A stretch of DNA of 64,000 nt from an uncultured Acidobacteriota bacterium (GTDB taxonomy: Bacteria; Acidobacteriota; JAQAZP01): NCBI GenBank assembly GCA_963836075.1, contig CAWIIB010000009.1, positions 928,001-992,000 of the forward strand. Reading direction: 5' to 3'. How positions within the stretch are numbered: the stretch's first letter is position 1; each line of letters begins with the position of its first letter. The notes under the pieces are model-generated. The model was given only the letters and a program-made list of their open reading frames with translations. It ran no database searches and was not told where the DNA came from. Of this stretch, positions 32,637-42,485 are shown piece by piece. A program made the position numbers and the translations under genes.

Positions 32637-33666
32637 ACTTCGGTTGCGGGGCATACGGGTTGCCGCCGAGGGTGTTCGAAATGTCGGCGATCGCCTTCTG
32701 TGCCTTGACGCTGTTGCCGGCCGCATCGAGCGGTGGCGAGACGACGGCGATGCCGAACTTGCCGGGCGACACCGCGATGAGGCCACCGCCGACGCCGCTC
32801 TTGCCGGGAAGGCCGGTGTTGTAGAGCCACTTGCCCGAGTCGTCATAGAGGCCGGCCGTGGCCATCACCGCCAGCACCTCCGGCACGTTCTCGGGGTTCA
32901 TCAGTTTCTTGCCGGTGACCGGGTTCTTGCCGCCGTTGGCCAGGGTCGCCGCCATCTCCGCCAGGTCCTTGGCGTTGACGCCCACCGAGCACTGCCTGGT
33001 GTAGATGTCGCAGGCCTGCAGCGGGTCGTCCTTGATGTGGCCGTAGGCGTACATCAGCATGGCGATGGCCTGGTTGCGCTGGTTGGTATCCGCCTCGGAC
33101 TTGTAGACGTCCTCCAGCACCGTCAGCGGTCGGCCGGCGAAATCCGAATAGAAGGACAGGATCTTGTTCCAGATCTCATCGTAGGTCGAGCCCTTGACCA
33201 TGCCGGTGGAGGTGATCGCGCCCGGGTTGACCAGGGCGTTCATCTCGGAGCCCTTGTACTGCTCGACCGCCACGATCGAGTTGAAGACCTGTCCGGTTGC
33301 ATCGACGCCCATGTTGTCGAAGATAGCCTGTGTCCCCGACTCCTCGATCACCATGGCCATGGTGAAGACCTTGGAGATCGACTGGATCGAGACCTCGGAC
33401 GAAATGTCCCCGGTCGTGTAGACCTTGCCGTCGGTGGTCACCAGCGCGATACCGTAGATGCTGGAGTCCACCTTGGCCAGCACCGGGATGTAATCGGCGT
33501 TGGCCCCTTCCTTGATGTTCTTGTATTTGGCGTGGGCGGCGTCCAGCGCCGCCTGGATCTCGGCCGGCGTCTGGGCCAGGGCCGATGCCGGCAGCAGCGC
33601 CAGCCCGGCCACCAGCAGTCCGAGCAGGCAGACGCCGGTATTACGAACGGAATTCATGAGTCTCAT
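32635..33666 (-). CDS. glsA: Glutaminase A with N-terminal signal peptide
   Basis: ADYIP, SIQSISKVF (catalytic S-x-x-K), ATGQVFNS, NPGAI, GLPGKSGVGGG, SPPLDAAGNS. Confidence 0.93.
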   Translation of the reverse strand: MRLMNSVRNTGVCLLGLLVAGLALLPASALAQTPAEIQAALDAAHAKYKNIKEGANADYIPVLAKVDSSIYGIALVTTDGKVYTTGDISSEVSIQSISKVFTMAMVIEESGTQAIFDNMGVDATGQVFNSIVAVEQYKGSEMNALVNPGAITSTGMVKGSTYDEIWNKILSFYSDFAGRPLTVLEDVYKSEADTNQRNQAIAMLMYAYGHIKDDPLQACDIYTRQCSVGVNAKDLAEMAATLANGGKNPVTGKKLMNPENVPEVLAVMATAGLYDDSGKWLYNTGLPGKSGVGGGLIAVSPGKFGIAVVSPPLDAAGNSVKAQKAIADISNTLGGNPYAPQPK

Positions 33667-33669
33667 CGG

Positions 33670-34964
33670 TTATCCTCCCAGATTGAACGAGAAGTTGTAT
33701 TTTGCGGAGACCTGGACCCGGAACGCGTCGTAGTCCCAGCCGTCGTCGAAGTTCTCCCGGTAGCCGTATTGCAGCTCGACACCATACATCAGGTCGGGCA
33801 CCGGATTGTGCAGCAGGTTGATCAGCGCGTAGCGCCCGCTGCGGAAGGCGTCGGGCGACTGGGCGTCGCTGTTGTCGATGTCGGTCAGCGAGAAGCCCAC
33901 CGCCGTGCTCAGCTTGGGGGTCCAGCCCTGGTCGAGGAAGGCGACGATGCCCAGCACCGGCAGGGGCACACCCCTGATCGGCGAGTTGGGGTTGCCCGGG
34001 TTGAGCTCCACGCCGATGTCGGCGGTGGCGTCGTTCATGTAGTTCTCGATGCCCTCGCCGTAGACCACCTGCAGGCGGACCGTGCTGGCTTCGCCGAACT
34101 TGATGTTTGAGCTGAGGTTGAGGCCCCAGCCGGTGGCGCTGCCCGAGAGGTCGTACTCGTCGGTGCCGTTGTCGTCCCACTTGATGCTGCGCAGCATGCC
34201 GGCCAGCTCGACATAGCCCCACTTGCCGCCCACCCGGTATTCGGCCGAGAGGTCGGGGTAGGGGAAATGCCCGGTGATGTCGTCCAGTTCCGTCCGGTCC
34301 TCGAACTGCCCCCGGTCACCGCTGGCGCCGGGCCGTTCGAGGGCGATGGTCAGCCTGGTGTCGCCCTTGATCGGCATCCAGCGCAGCTGGATGTTGCGGA
34401 AGAAGACCATGCCGCAGGGGCCCCAGTACTCGACGGAGTTGGGAAAGACGTCGATGTCCATGAACGGGCTCCAGGTACCTGGCCGGCACCGAACTGTTCG
34501 TACTCCAGGTAGGCGTGCCTGAGACGGAAGGTGGTCTGCCCCGCATCGCCTCCCACACCGAACAGCTCCCACTCGAAGATGCCGAAGATCTCTTTGTCCC
34601 CCACGGGGAGCCACGACTTGATGCCGAAACGGGTCTGGCGAACGCTGAAATAGGCCTCGCCGTCCTCGCCGAACTCGTTCTCGTAGGCCGGCAGCTTGGT
34701 GGGCCGCATCACGTCGAACCAGTCCGGGTCGCTCGACCCGCCGTTGTACCCGGCGTCGGTCATCACGTGGCCGTAAATCTCCATCCGCGGCTTGGCCTCC
34801 GTCGCCTCCTCAGGCGCGGGGGCCGCCTCCGCTTCCGCTGCCGCCTCCACCATCGGGCCCGGCGCCGCCTCGTCCGCCCAGGTCGCCGGGGCCGCCAGCA
34901 GCATCAGGGCGGCTAGCACCACGCTGGTGAGCACCAGCAGCGTATTCCTCTGGCCATTTTTCAT
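33670..34964 (-). CDS. DcaP-family trimeric porin (indel ~34480)
   Basis: Signal peptide; FSVRQTRFG, FRLRHAY, FMDIDVFPN, terminal KYNFSF. Confidence 0.8.
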
Positions 34965-35002
34965 GTCCGTTCCTCCTCTTGTTGTGTTGACCCTTGTCCC
35001 CA

Positions 35003-36160
35003 TCAATCCGTTGCTCCGTAACCGGACGCGGGTGTCACCGGCGGTACGACGCGGGGCGCATCGGCATTGGCCTTCTCCCAGGCCCGCACATTGACCCGGG
35101 CCGCGTCGAACAGCCGCTCGTAGTTGCCCTTGCGCACTTTGTAGCTCGCCTCCGGCGTGAGCGCCTCCCAGAGGGGCGCGTACGCGTCGTACACCGCGAC
35201 CTGCGCCGCCACCGAGCCCGGCGCCACGACGTCGGTGCCGAAGAGGAAGCGGTCCGGGTAGCGGTTGATCATCTCGGCGGTCCTCCGGGTCGCCTCCGGT
35301 GTCGCCGTCGCGTACTTGGCCACCTCGTCCCACGAGATATCCATGTAGACGTGCTGCAGGGCGGGATCGGTGCAGATCTTCTCGATGATCGCGGCCTGTG
35401 CCTCGAGCGGCCGAACGATCCGGCCGAGGCCGAGATGGGCCCAGATGATGGTGGTGTCCGGGTGGCGCACGAACAGTTCCTTCAACTGGGCCAGCATGTA
35501 CGGCTCCTGGTCCGGCTTGGGGAACGGCATGTTGATGTCGTTGTGCAGGATGGCCACCAGCCCCGCCTCGGCGGCGAAGTCGAAGATCCGGTCGAGCGCC
35601 GGGTTGGTCAGGTCCGCCACCTCGCCGGCCACCTTCGACGACACGAACTCCTTGTGGATGGAGAATTCGCCGATCCCCGAGAACACGCCCGGGAAGGTGA
35701 GCAGCACCCGGCGGATATGGTCGACCGCGTACATGTCGGCGGGGTTGAAGCCGGTGATCATCGGGTCGATGCGGGCCTGCTGCTCCGGCGTCAGCGAACG
35801 GTAGGCCATGGCGATGTGGGCGTCGGTAAACGAGTAGTAATAGAGCGGGGCATCGGTCTGCAGGTAGTACTGCGGCGCGAAGTCGCCGGTGTTGCTGTGC
35901 GACCACATCTGCTGCAGCGGCAGGCCGAACAGGACGGTACGGCCGATGGTGGTGCCCATCATCTCCACCAGGTCGTGAATTTCCGTACCCTCCTGGATGT
36001 AGTTCGTGAGGTGAAAGTGCGAATCGTGGAAGTCGGCGTCCGCCGGCACCTGCGCCGCGGCGGGCAGGACCGCGAGCGCGGCGACGAGGACCAGAGCAAA
36101 CCCGAGCGACCGGCCCGGGGGCCGGCGAAAAACTCGCCCGTTCAGGAACAGTGTGTTCAT
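35003..36160 (-). CDS. Exported amidohydrolase-family (TIM barrel) protein
   Basis: Signal peptide; DSHFH, GIGE, ILHND, IWAHLG, FLFGTD metal-binding motifs. Confidence 0.85.
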   Translation of the reverse strand: MNTLFLNGRVFRRPPGRSLGFALVLVAALAVLPAAAQVPADADFHDSHFHLTNYIQEGTEIHDLVEMMGTTIGRTVLFGLPLQQMWSHSNTGDFAPQYYLQTDAPLYYYSFTDAHIAMAYRSLTPEQQARIDPMITGFNPADMYAVDHIRRVLLTFPGVFSGIGEFSIHKEFVSSKVAGEVADLTNPALDRIFDFAAEAGLVAILHNDINMPFPKPDQEPYMLAQLKELFVRHPDTTIIWAHLGLGRIVRPLEAQAAIIEKICTDPALQHVYMDISWDEVAKYATATPEATRRTAEMINRYPDRFLFGTDVVAPGSVAAQVAVYDAYAPLWEALTPEASYKVRKGNYERLFDAARVNVRAWEKANADAPRVVPPVTPASGYGATD

Positions 36161-36220
36161 GAGATGATTTTCCTCCTTGCTAATAAATACCAGTGAATAA
36201 GTCGGCGGCGCTGCGACGCA

Positions 36221-37645
36221 TCAGAAGAACACCGAGAATGCCGCCGACACCGTCGTGCCGTCCTGGCCGCCTGTGTAATAGCCGAAAGTGCTCGAGACCG
36301 GCGAGCGGTTGACGTCGATGACCTGGATGTTCAATCGGTGGTTGCGCGTGTTGAAGGGATAGTAGTTGGCGCCGATCAGGTAATCGGAGCAATTGGCGAA
36401 ACCGGCGTCGCTGTCGCCGTAGATCTGCGAGGTGGCGACGTAGAGCTCGATCTTTTTCGGCCAGGGGTAGAATGCCGCCTGCACGTAAAAACCGGTGTCG
36501 ATGATCTCCTCCACCGGCAGCTCGCCGTCGGCTTCGAACCCGTCGAGCCAGCGCGTGTAGTACTCGGTCTGGAAAAAGAAGCCCTTGTACTTCAGCCCGG
36601 CGTCGAAGGCGAGAATCCGGTAGTCCGCATTGGTCACGGTGACGCCGGACGCCAGGGCGCCCGTTTCGAACAGATTCACGCTGTCCGCCAGCCTCAGGGC
36701 GGTGTTCCCGGGCGCCTCACCTATCCCCGTGTAGCGCTCCTCGAGGCTGTAGGTTGCAGAGATGCCGAAGCGGGTCGCCACCTCCTGGTGCATTTCCCAG
36801 TCACCGTAAGCGCCTCGCGGACCGAACTCCTTTGTCGTCGGCATCCACCACACCGAGGCGCCGGGTGTCATCTTCCGGTCGATCTGGTTGGCGGTGACGC
36901 CCAGGATGCTCGAGGTGTTCCCCACCGAAGCGCTGTACCAGAGGCCGGGCAGTGCCTCTCCATTGGCCCACAGGCCCTGGGAAAAGAACGGTCGAAAAAA
37001 CTCGTCGGCCATCACGCGGTCGTTGCCCAGCCAGTAGGGGTGGGAGCCAAACATCGACCTCGAGCCGGGATTGCCGTAAATGCCGCCGTAGAGGTTGAAG
37101 GCCTTGTGGAACTGGTAGCCGAGGTTGCCGAAGATGGCGACCTGGTTGGTGGTGTTGACGGTCCAGAAGGCAATCGTGTAGCGGAGCTTCGGTGCGCCCA
37201 TCCAGCCGTTGAGCCAGACGAGGATCCGGTGGGAGTAGATGTCATGCCGGGCGTCGACGGGACGCTCGTTGCCCAGGTGGTCGGTGAAATTCTGGTCCGG
37301 GGGCATCTGGTTCATGTAGCGCACCAGGGCGTAGCCGCTGAGGGAAAGCTCGCCCAAGTCACTCCGTCCGACGAGAAATCCACGGCCGGGATCGAGAACT
37401 CCCCAGGTCTCATTGGATGGGGCCGGCGGCTTCTTGCCCGGTGGCACCTCGGCCGATGCCTCCGTCTCTTCGGGTGACGCCGGTTCCCCTTCTGCCGTGC
37501 CTTCAGGCCCGGCCGCCGTCGCCGGGTCTTCGGGTGGTGCCGGTTCCGGCGCAGTCTGGGCAACGACCACCTGTGGCAGGAGTGCGAGGCAGAAAAAGGC
37601 CAGCAAAGCGCAACGCGCGGCATTCAATAAACGTGTCCTCGTCAT
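36221..37645 (-). CDS. Outer-membrane beta-barrel/porin-like protein
   Basis: Signal peptide, amphipathic aromatic-rich strands, terminal FSVFF. Confidence 0.7.
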   Translation of the reverse strand: MTRTRLLNAARCALLAFFCLALLPQVVVAQTAPEPAPPEDPATAAGPEGTAEGEPASPEETEASAEVPPGKKPPAPSNETWGVLDPGRGFLVGRSDLGELSLSGYALVRYMNQMPPDQNFTDHLGNERPVDARHDIYSHRILVWLNGWMGAPKLRYTIAFWTVNTTNQVAIFGNLGYQFHKAFNLYGGIYGNPGSRSMFGSHPYWLGNDRVMADEFFRPFFSQGLWANGEALPGLWYSASVGNTSSILGVTANQIDRKMTPGASVWWMPTTKEFGPRGAYGDWEMHQEVATRFGISATYSLEERYTGIGEAPGNTALRLADSVNLFETGALASGVTVTNADYRILAFDAGLKYKGFFFQTEYYTRWLDGFEADGELPVEEIIDTGFYVQAAFYPWPKKIELYVATSQIYGDSDAGFANCSDYLIGANYYPFNTRNHRLNIQVIDVNRSPVSSTFGYYTGGQDGTTVSAAFSVFF

Positions 37646-37891
37646 GCGTCTAACTCCCCTCCTGACACGGCCAAACGGGTATGCTGCACGGATCACACTT
37701 CGCCGCAACAACGAGCTTGCCCGCCAATTCCGTTAAACTTCATGAATCTGTAAAGACATTTTTCAATTCGAGCAATTGATTGATTGTAGGTTTTGGGAAT
37801 CAATGGTGTCAACGAGCCCGTAAAAAACATATTTTCAATAATTACACTTGATTCCGCATGTTCCGGACCATGACCGGGTGGAGGTGCAATT

Positions 37892-38221
37892 TCATAGTGT
37901 CCCGGCCCTCGCCCTCTCGATGGTTTCAATACCCGACGAACTCGAGATGGTGTCGAACCTGATCTCGGGCCGACGGAGTGCCAACTCCATGATGAGGAGC
38001 AGGATGCGGAATTCTTCCGAACCCAGATGGCGGTCCAGGCCCTCTTCGGTGCTCCACACCTGCTCGAGCAGGATCACGTTCTTGTCCTGCAGGTCCCCGT
38101 AGAGGTGGCAACCGGCACAACTGGGTAGGTCCCGGCACCGCTCAACCATCGGTCTGAGGATTCCCAGTATCTCGTCTCTCTTCCGCGGCGGAATCTTCAT
38201 CCTGATGGTCGCTTGTATCAT
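37892..38221 (-). CDS. ABM (antibiotic biosynthesis monooxygenase)-domain protein, paralog A
   Basis: ILLEQVWSTEEGLDRHLGSEEFR pattern; near-identical to 52792-53121. Confidence 0.75.
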   Translation of the reverse strand: MIQATIRMKIPPRKRDEILGILRPMVERCRDLPSCAGCHLYGDLQDKNVILLEQVWSTEEGLDRHLGSEEFRILLLIMELALRRPEIRFDTISSSSGIETIERARAGTL

Positions 38222-38292
38222 GGGCATCTCCATCGTGCACCCCGACGGCGGCAAGCCGCCGGAGATGACTTTGAACACTGGCGGTTTAGCAG

Positions 38293-38308
38293 TGCCAAAT
38301 TCGTGCCA
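38293..38308 (-). promoter_or_regulatory. Sigma54 -24/-12 promoter, module A
   Basis: Minus strand TGGCACGAATTTGGCA: GG-N10-GC. Confidence 0.8.
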
Positions 38309-38405
38309 GGAGAGACGCGGCAGCATCCGGCATTTCATGTCACTGAATTGAAAAGGATTGTGAGATCAAATGGGTGACGGTGGAAGCGGAAGTGGCGGGA
38401 TGAAG

Positions 38406-38439
38406 TGCCGGAATACCGGCATTGGCCGTTAATTCGGCA
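38406..38439. promoter_or_regulatory. Tandem palindromic enhancer (UAS) candidates, module A
   Basis: TGCCGG-AATA-CCGGCA and GGCCG-TTAATT-CGGCA, ~100-130 bp upstream of the sigma54 promoter. Confidence 0.6.
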
Positions 38440-40204
38440 GCGCTCGACTGGATCGCCTGATGCCCAATTTCTTCAACTTCGTCTGGAGGGTCGATCGTTT
38501 CAGGCCGAGAATCTCCGCGGCGCCGCCCGGCCCGGAGACGCGCCAGCCGGTCTTCTCCAGCACGGCCGTCACGTGCATCCGCTCCATGTCCTCGAGGCTG
38601 GCGAACACGGTGGCTTCTGAAGGGTCGGACCTCGGCACCTGAACCTCCAGGGATTTGCTCTTGCTCATAATCATGCCGTTTTCGATCAGGTTTCTCAGCT
38701 CCCGCACGTTGCCCGGCCAGGAATGGGATTGCAGGGCCTGTATGGTGTTTTTCGGAATGCTCTCGATCTCTTTTCCCATTCTTTTCTGAAATTCCCTGAT
38801 GAACTTCCAGACCAGCAGAGGAATGTCGTCCGGCCGCTCACGAAGGGGCGGGATCACGACGGAAAACACGTTCAGCCGGTAAAAGAGGTCCTGCCTGAAG
38901 CGGCCGTCCCTCACGTCCTTCTCCAGGTCCCGGTTGGTGGCGGCGATGATGCGGACGTCGACGTTTTGGGATCGTGTGGAACCCAGCCGCTCGAAACGGC
39001 CGTCCTCGAGCACCCGCAGCAGTTTGCTCTGCAGATCGATGGGGATTTCGCCGATCTCGTCGAGGAAGAGGGTTGATCCGTGGGCCAGCTCGAAGCGGCC
39101 GGTCATTCTGGTCAGGGCGCCGGTGTACGCCCCTCGTTCCCTGCCGAAGAGTTCGCTTTCGATCAGCGTGGGCGCCATGGCGGCACAGTTGACCGTCACC
39201 AGCGGTCTTTCCTTCCGGGTGCTCATGCCATGGATCGCCCGGGCCAGCAGTTCTTTTCCCGTCCCGGTTTCCCCCAGGAGGAGGACCGTGGAGTCCGTGG
39301 GGGCGACCTGCTCCGCCCGAACGAGGACCTTCTTCATCGCTGCGCTCTGGGCCACGATCCCGGTGTGCTCGCTCAGCAGCCGGACCTCTTCCAGCAGGTA
39401 GAGATTCTCCTGTTCCAGGCGCTGCTTGAGTGATTCGATCTCGTCGAGTTGTTCCTTTAGCTTCGCCCCGTTTTTGCGCAGGGACTCATCGGTCTGCTTG
39501 CGGGAGAGCGCGTTGGAAAACACTTGCGCGATGAGCTCGAATTCCTTGACGACGCTCTCCGTCCAGCGTCGCTCTTCTTGCAGGACAGCGAACGCCAGCA
39601 CGCCGAGCACCGGCCCCTGTCCCGTCCGTAATGGAACGGACACGGTGGACCTGGTGCCATACACGTCATAGGACTCCCGGTCGCGGCCTGCTTCCGGCGG
39701 GAGATCGGTCATTTTCGAAATGACAACCGTCTCCCCCTCCAGGGCCTTCTGCGCCGTCCAGGGGAAGAAATCCCTTGCATCCATTTGCCCGAGGGGCAGC
39801 GGGTTCTCCGGAGGCTGATGGATATGTGTCAGTAGCAGCTTCCCGGCCTCTCGCTCAGAAACTTGCAGCAGTGAGGAGCGGTCAATATTCAGCAACTCGC
39901 AGATGCGGCGCTGGGCGGCCATGATGTCGCCGTCGATCTGGTCGGCGGGCAGGTTGATGAACCGCGAGGAGATCTCGCGCATCAACTCCTCGAACCTCAG
40001 CCTTTCATCCAGGCTCTGCTGCAATACCTCGATGTGTCCGTTTGCCCCTCCCAGGTCTTCCTTTTGTATTTCAAGCCCGGTCTTTTCCGCCTGGATTCGC
40101 TCATCGGTTTCTTGCCGGCGCTGCTGCGCGACATCGAGCTGTTTTCGAAGCTCCTCTATTTCGCGCAGCAGCAGCTGCCTCGTCTGACCACTCCGGTCCA
40201 TCAT
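38429..40204 (-). CDS. Sigma54-dependent activator (GAF-AAA+-Fis HTH, FhlA-like), paralog A
   Basis: GETGTGKE, ESELFG, GAYTGA, TLFLDEIGE, RQDLFYRL, WPGNVREL, GAAEILGLKRSTL. Confidence 0.93.
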   Translation of the reverse strand: MMDRSGQTRQLLLREIEELRKQLDVAQQRRQETDERIQAEKTGLEIQKEDLGGANGHIEVLQQSLDERLRFEELMREISSRFINLPADQIDGDIMAAQRRICELLNIDRSSLLQVSEREAGKLLLTHIHQPPENPLPLGQMDARDFFPWTAQKALEGETVVISKMTDLPPEAGRDRESYDVYGTRSTVSVPLRTGQGPVLGVLAFAVLQEERRWTESVVKEFELIAQVFSNALSRKQTDESLRKNGAKLKEQLDEIESLKQRLEQENLYLLEEVRLLSEHTGIVAQSAAMKKVLVRAEQVAPTDSTVLLLGETGTGKELLARAIHGMSTRKERPLVTVNCAAMAPTLIESELFGRERGAYTGALTRMTGRFELAHGSTLFLDEIGEIPIDLQSKLLRVLEDGRFERLGSTRSQNVDVRIIAATNRDLEKDVRDGRFRQDLFYRLNVFSVVIPPLRERPDDIPLLVWKFIREFQKRMGKEIESIPKNTIQALQSHSWPGNVRELRNLIENGMIMSKSKSLEVQVPRSDPSEATVFASLEDMERMHVTAVLEKTGWRVSGPGGAAEILGLKRSTLQTKLKKLGIRRSSRALPN

Positions 40205-40384
40205 CTGCCCCTGGATGACCTCGAAAGGAATAAAATCGATATTCATTCAAAGTGATGCCGACAATGCTGCATTATATACTCGAATTAATACATGGTAAAC
40301 GATGTATTCTGCACACGTTGGGAATTTTTTCTCGATGTTGGGGGACCGTTTTCCGTCGGCGCTGATGCCGCGGTAGTCGAAAGG

Positions 40385-40792
40385 TCAGTCACTGACGCTG
40401 TCGACAACGGTTGCCGCGAAGCTCGCCGGAAAGGCGACGATGATCGTACGCTTGATCGCCACCAGGGTCTCGGTGAGAGGGTGGAGCCGGTCCACGGCAA
40501 TGAGCACCGATGCCGCCACCAGCATGGTCACGCAGTACACGGTGAGCACCCGGAGCACCAGCTCCTTCTGGCTGGAGACGGTCATCGTGTGGCGGTAGCT
40601 GGCATGCACGAAACCCGAGATGAAGACCAGGGAGCTGAATGAGATCAGCAGCACCCGCCCGAGGGAGAGCTCGACACTCAGATTCCAGACCTCCTCGGTC
40701 ACGGCCACCGGAAATGCGAGCACCAGAGACCCAACGATTATCTCGGCGAGATCCCGCCAGCGGACCTTGGCGTTCCGGATTTTGGTTATCAT
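40385..40792 (-). CDS. DUF2391-family membrane protein
   Basis: DLAEIIVGSLVLAFPVAVTEEVW...FPASFAATVVD. Confidence 0.7.
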   Translation of the reverse strand: MITKIRNAKVRWRDLAEIIVGSLVLAFPVAVTEEVWNLSVELSLGRVLLISFSSLVFISGFVHASYRHTMTVSSQKELVLRVLTVYCVTMLVAASVLIAVDRLHPLTETLVAIKRTIIVAFPASFAATVVDSVSD

Positions 40793-40804
40793 GCGCTTCT
40801 CCCC

Positions 40805-42473
40805 TTATCGAGGGTTGCCGGCGGGTGAAGCCGGGGGAACCTCCGGTTCCCTCTTCGCTGCCCCGGGGCCATGCCTGTTTTTCACCGCCGGCGCGACGCC
40901 GGATTCCATCTTGCCGTCGGCATCCGAGTAACTGACGACGCGGGTCGGAACCACCTCGACGGTGATCCTGGTCGGCATGCCGAACGCTTCCGAGATGACA
41001 TCCTCCAGCGCTTCCAGGCTCGGCAGCTCGCCGTTGCCGGCGAGCAGGATGGTGGCTTCGTCGGCCTTTGTTTCGACCTTGACCAGCCGCAGTGTCGACA
41101 CGGGCTCGAGCCAGGCCTCAACGTGTTCCCGGGCCTGATCCTGCCGGCTCGCCCGTCTCAGCACGCCCTCGCCGATGAGGCCGAGCGGGATGGTGATCAA
41201 CAGGGCCAGCACGATCACACCCGCCAAAAGATCACCGATGGCCGCATGATTCTTGATCAATTCTCGTGTCGGGGTGAAACCGACCAGTACCGAAGACGAT
41301 CACCGAAGCCAGGATGATGGAAACCAGATTGGTGCCAAAGAGCAGAAACGAACCGAGAGCGGCGGGCCACTCTCCGGCATGCAAGGCGACGCCGACGACA
41401 CCCAGGGGGGGCACCAGGGCCACCGCGACTGCCACCCCGGTGAGGGATGACGAAACACGATCGTCTATCGTGGCGTAGGCGCCGGCGGCCCCGGCAACCA
41501 CCGCAATGGCCATGTCGAGCAGGGTCGGCGCGGACCGTGACAGAATCTGGGTATTGACGGCCAGGGGAACCAGTGCCGGAATCCAGGCGGCAATGGTCCA
41601 TGCCAGACCGATGGCTGCCACCACGGACGCCGCCACCACCATGAGCGATCCCAGCGCCCGCTGGCGCCAGCCGGCCACCAGTCCGGCGGCGCAGCCCATG
41701 ATCGGTGTCATCAATGGGGCGACAAGCATGGCGCCGATGACCACGGCCGTGGAGTCCTGGAGGATGGCGAGACTGGCGATGGCCACGGAGAGAAGCAGCA
41801 TGACGACGTAGGAGGTGATCTTGTGGGCGCGATCCGGTGCTTCAAAGTAGAGGCCATCGGCCACCTCGTCGCGCCTTGCACCCCCCACGTCTCGGTCTCT
41901 CATCCAGCTGACGAAGATGTTGATGATCAGAGGGCGGTTGATGAGTGCATCTTCGCCGGGTTCGCGGGTCATCCCATAGGAGAGCATCACCATTCCTGCG
42001 GCCAGAACAACCATGGCGGCAAGGGCGATCCCGAAGTCGACCATTGCTTCAGGCAGGGTGAGCAGCACCACGGCAAAGCACAGGAAGAGTACACCGCGAG
42101 TAATCTCCGAGTGGCAGCTCTCGCCGGAACGACGGAGGGTGTACGCCCTCCAGATGTCCAGGACACCCGCAACCACCAGGTAGCCGACGAGGACCATCAC
42201 GAAAGCCCTGGCCGCGAAGTAGGGCACGAGGAGCAGGCCGATGCCGGCCACAACGTCAATCGCAGCCCGGAATACCCCGCGCCGGGCGCCCCGATGGCGA
42301 GAGTGGCCCCAGAGGCTGCTCCCCCCCGACACGAGCAGGGTGATGCCCAGGACCAGGGGAAGGATCTCCAGGGAGAAATTCGGCAACGTCAGCACGACGA
42401 GGCCGGCAATGAAGCAGACCGAACCCTTCACAGACGCCGGGTTCAACCATTTCCCCGCAACTCTCACGGACAC
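40805..42473 (-). CDS. HdeD/DUF308-like domain fused to a DUF389 domain (indel ~41290)
   Basis: N-terminal six-TM HdeD-like region; DSTAVVIGAMLVAPLMTPI and GVAVAVALVPPL DUF389 motifs. Confidence 0.75.
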
Positions 42474-42485
42474 GGGCGTAACTCC

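Noticed and set aside
39115-39140. GAYTGA instead of GAFTGA in both activators as a sign of sigma54 independence
   Set aside because: GAYTGA is a known functional variant, and good -24/-12 promoters lie directly downstream
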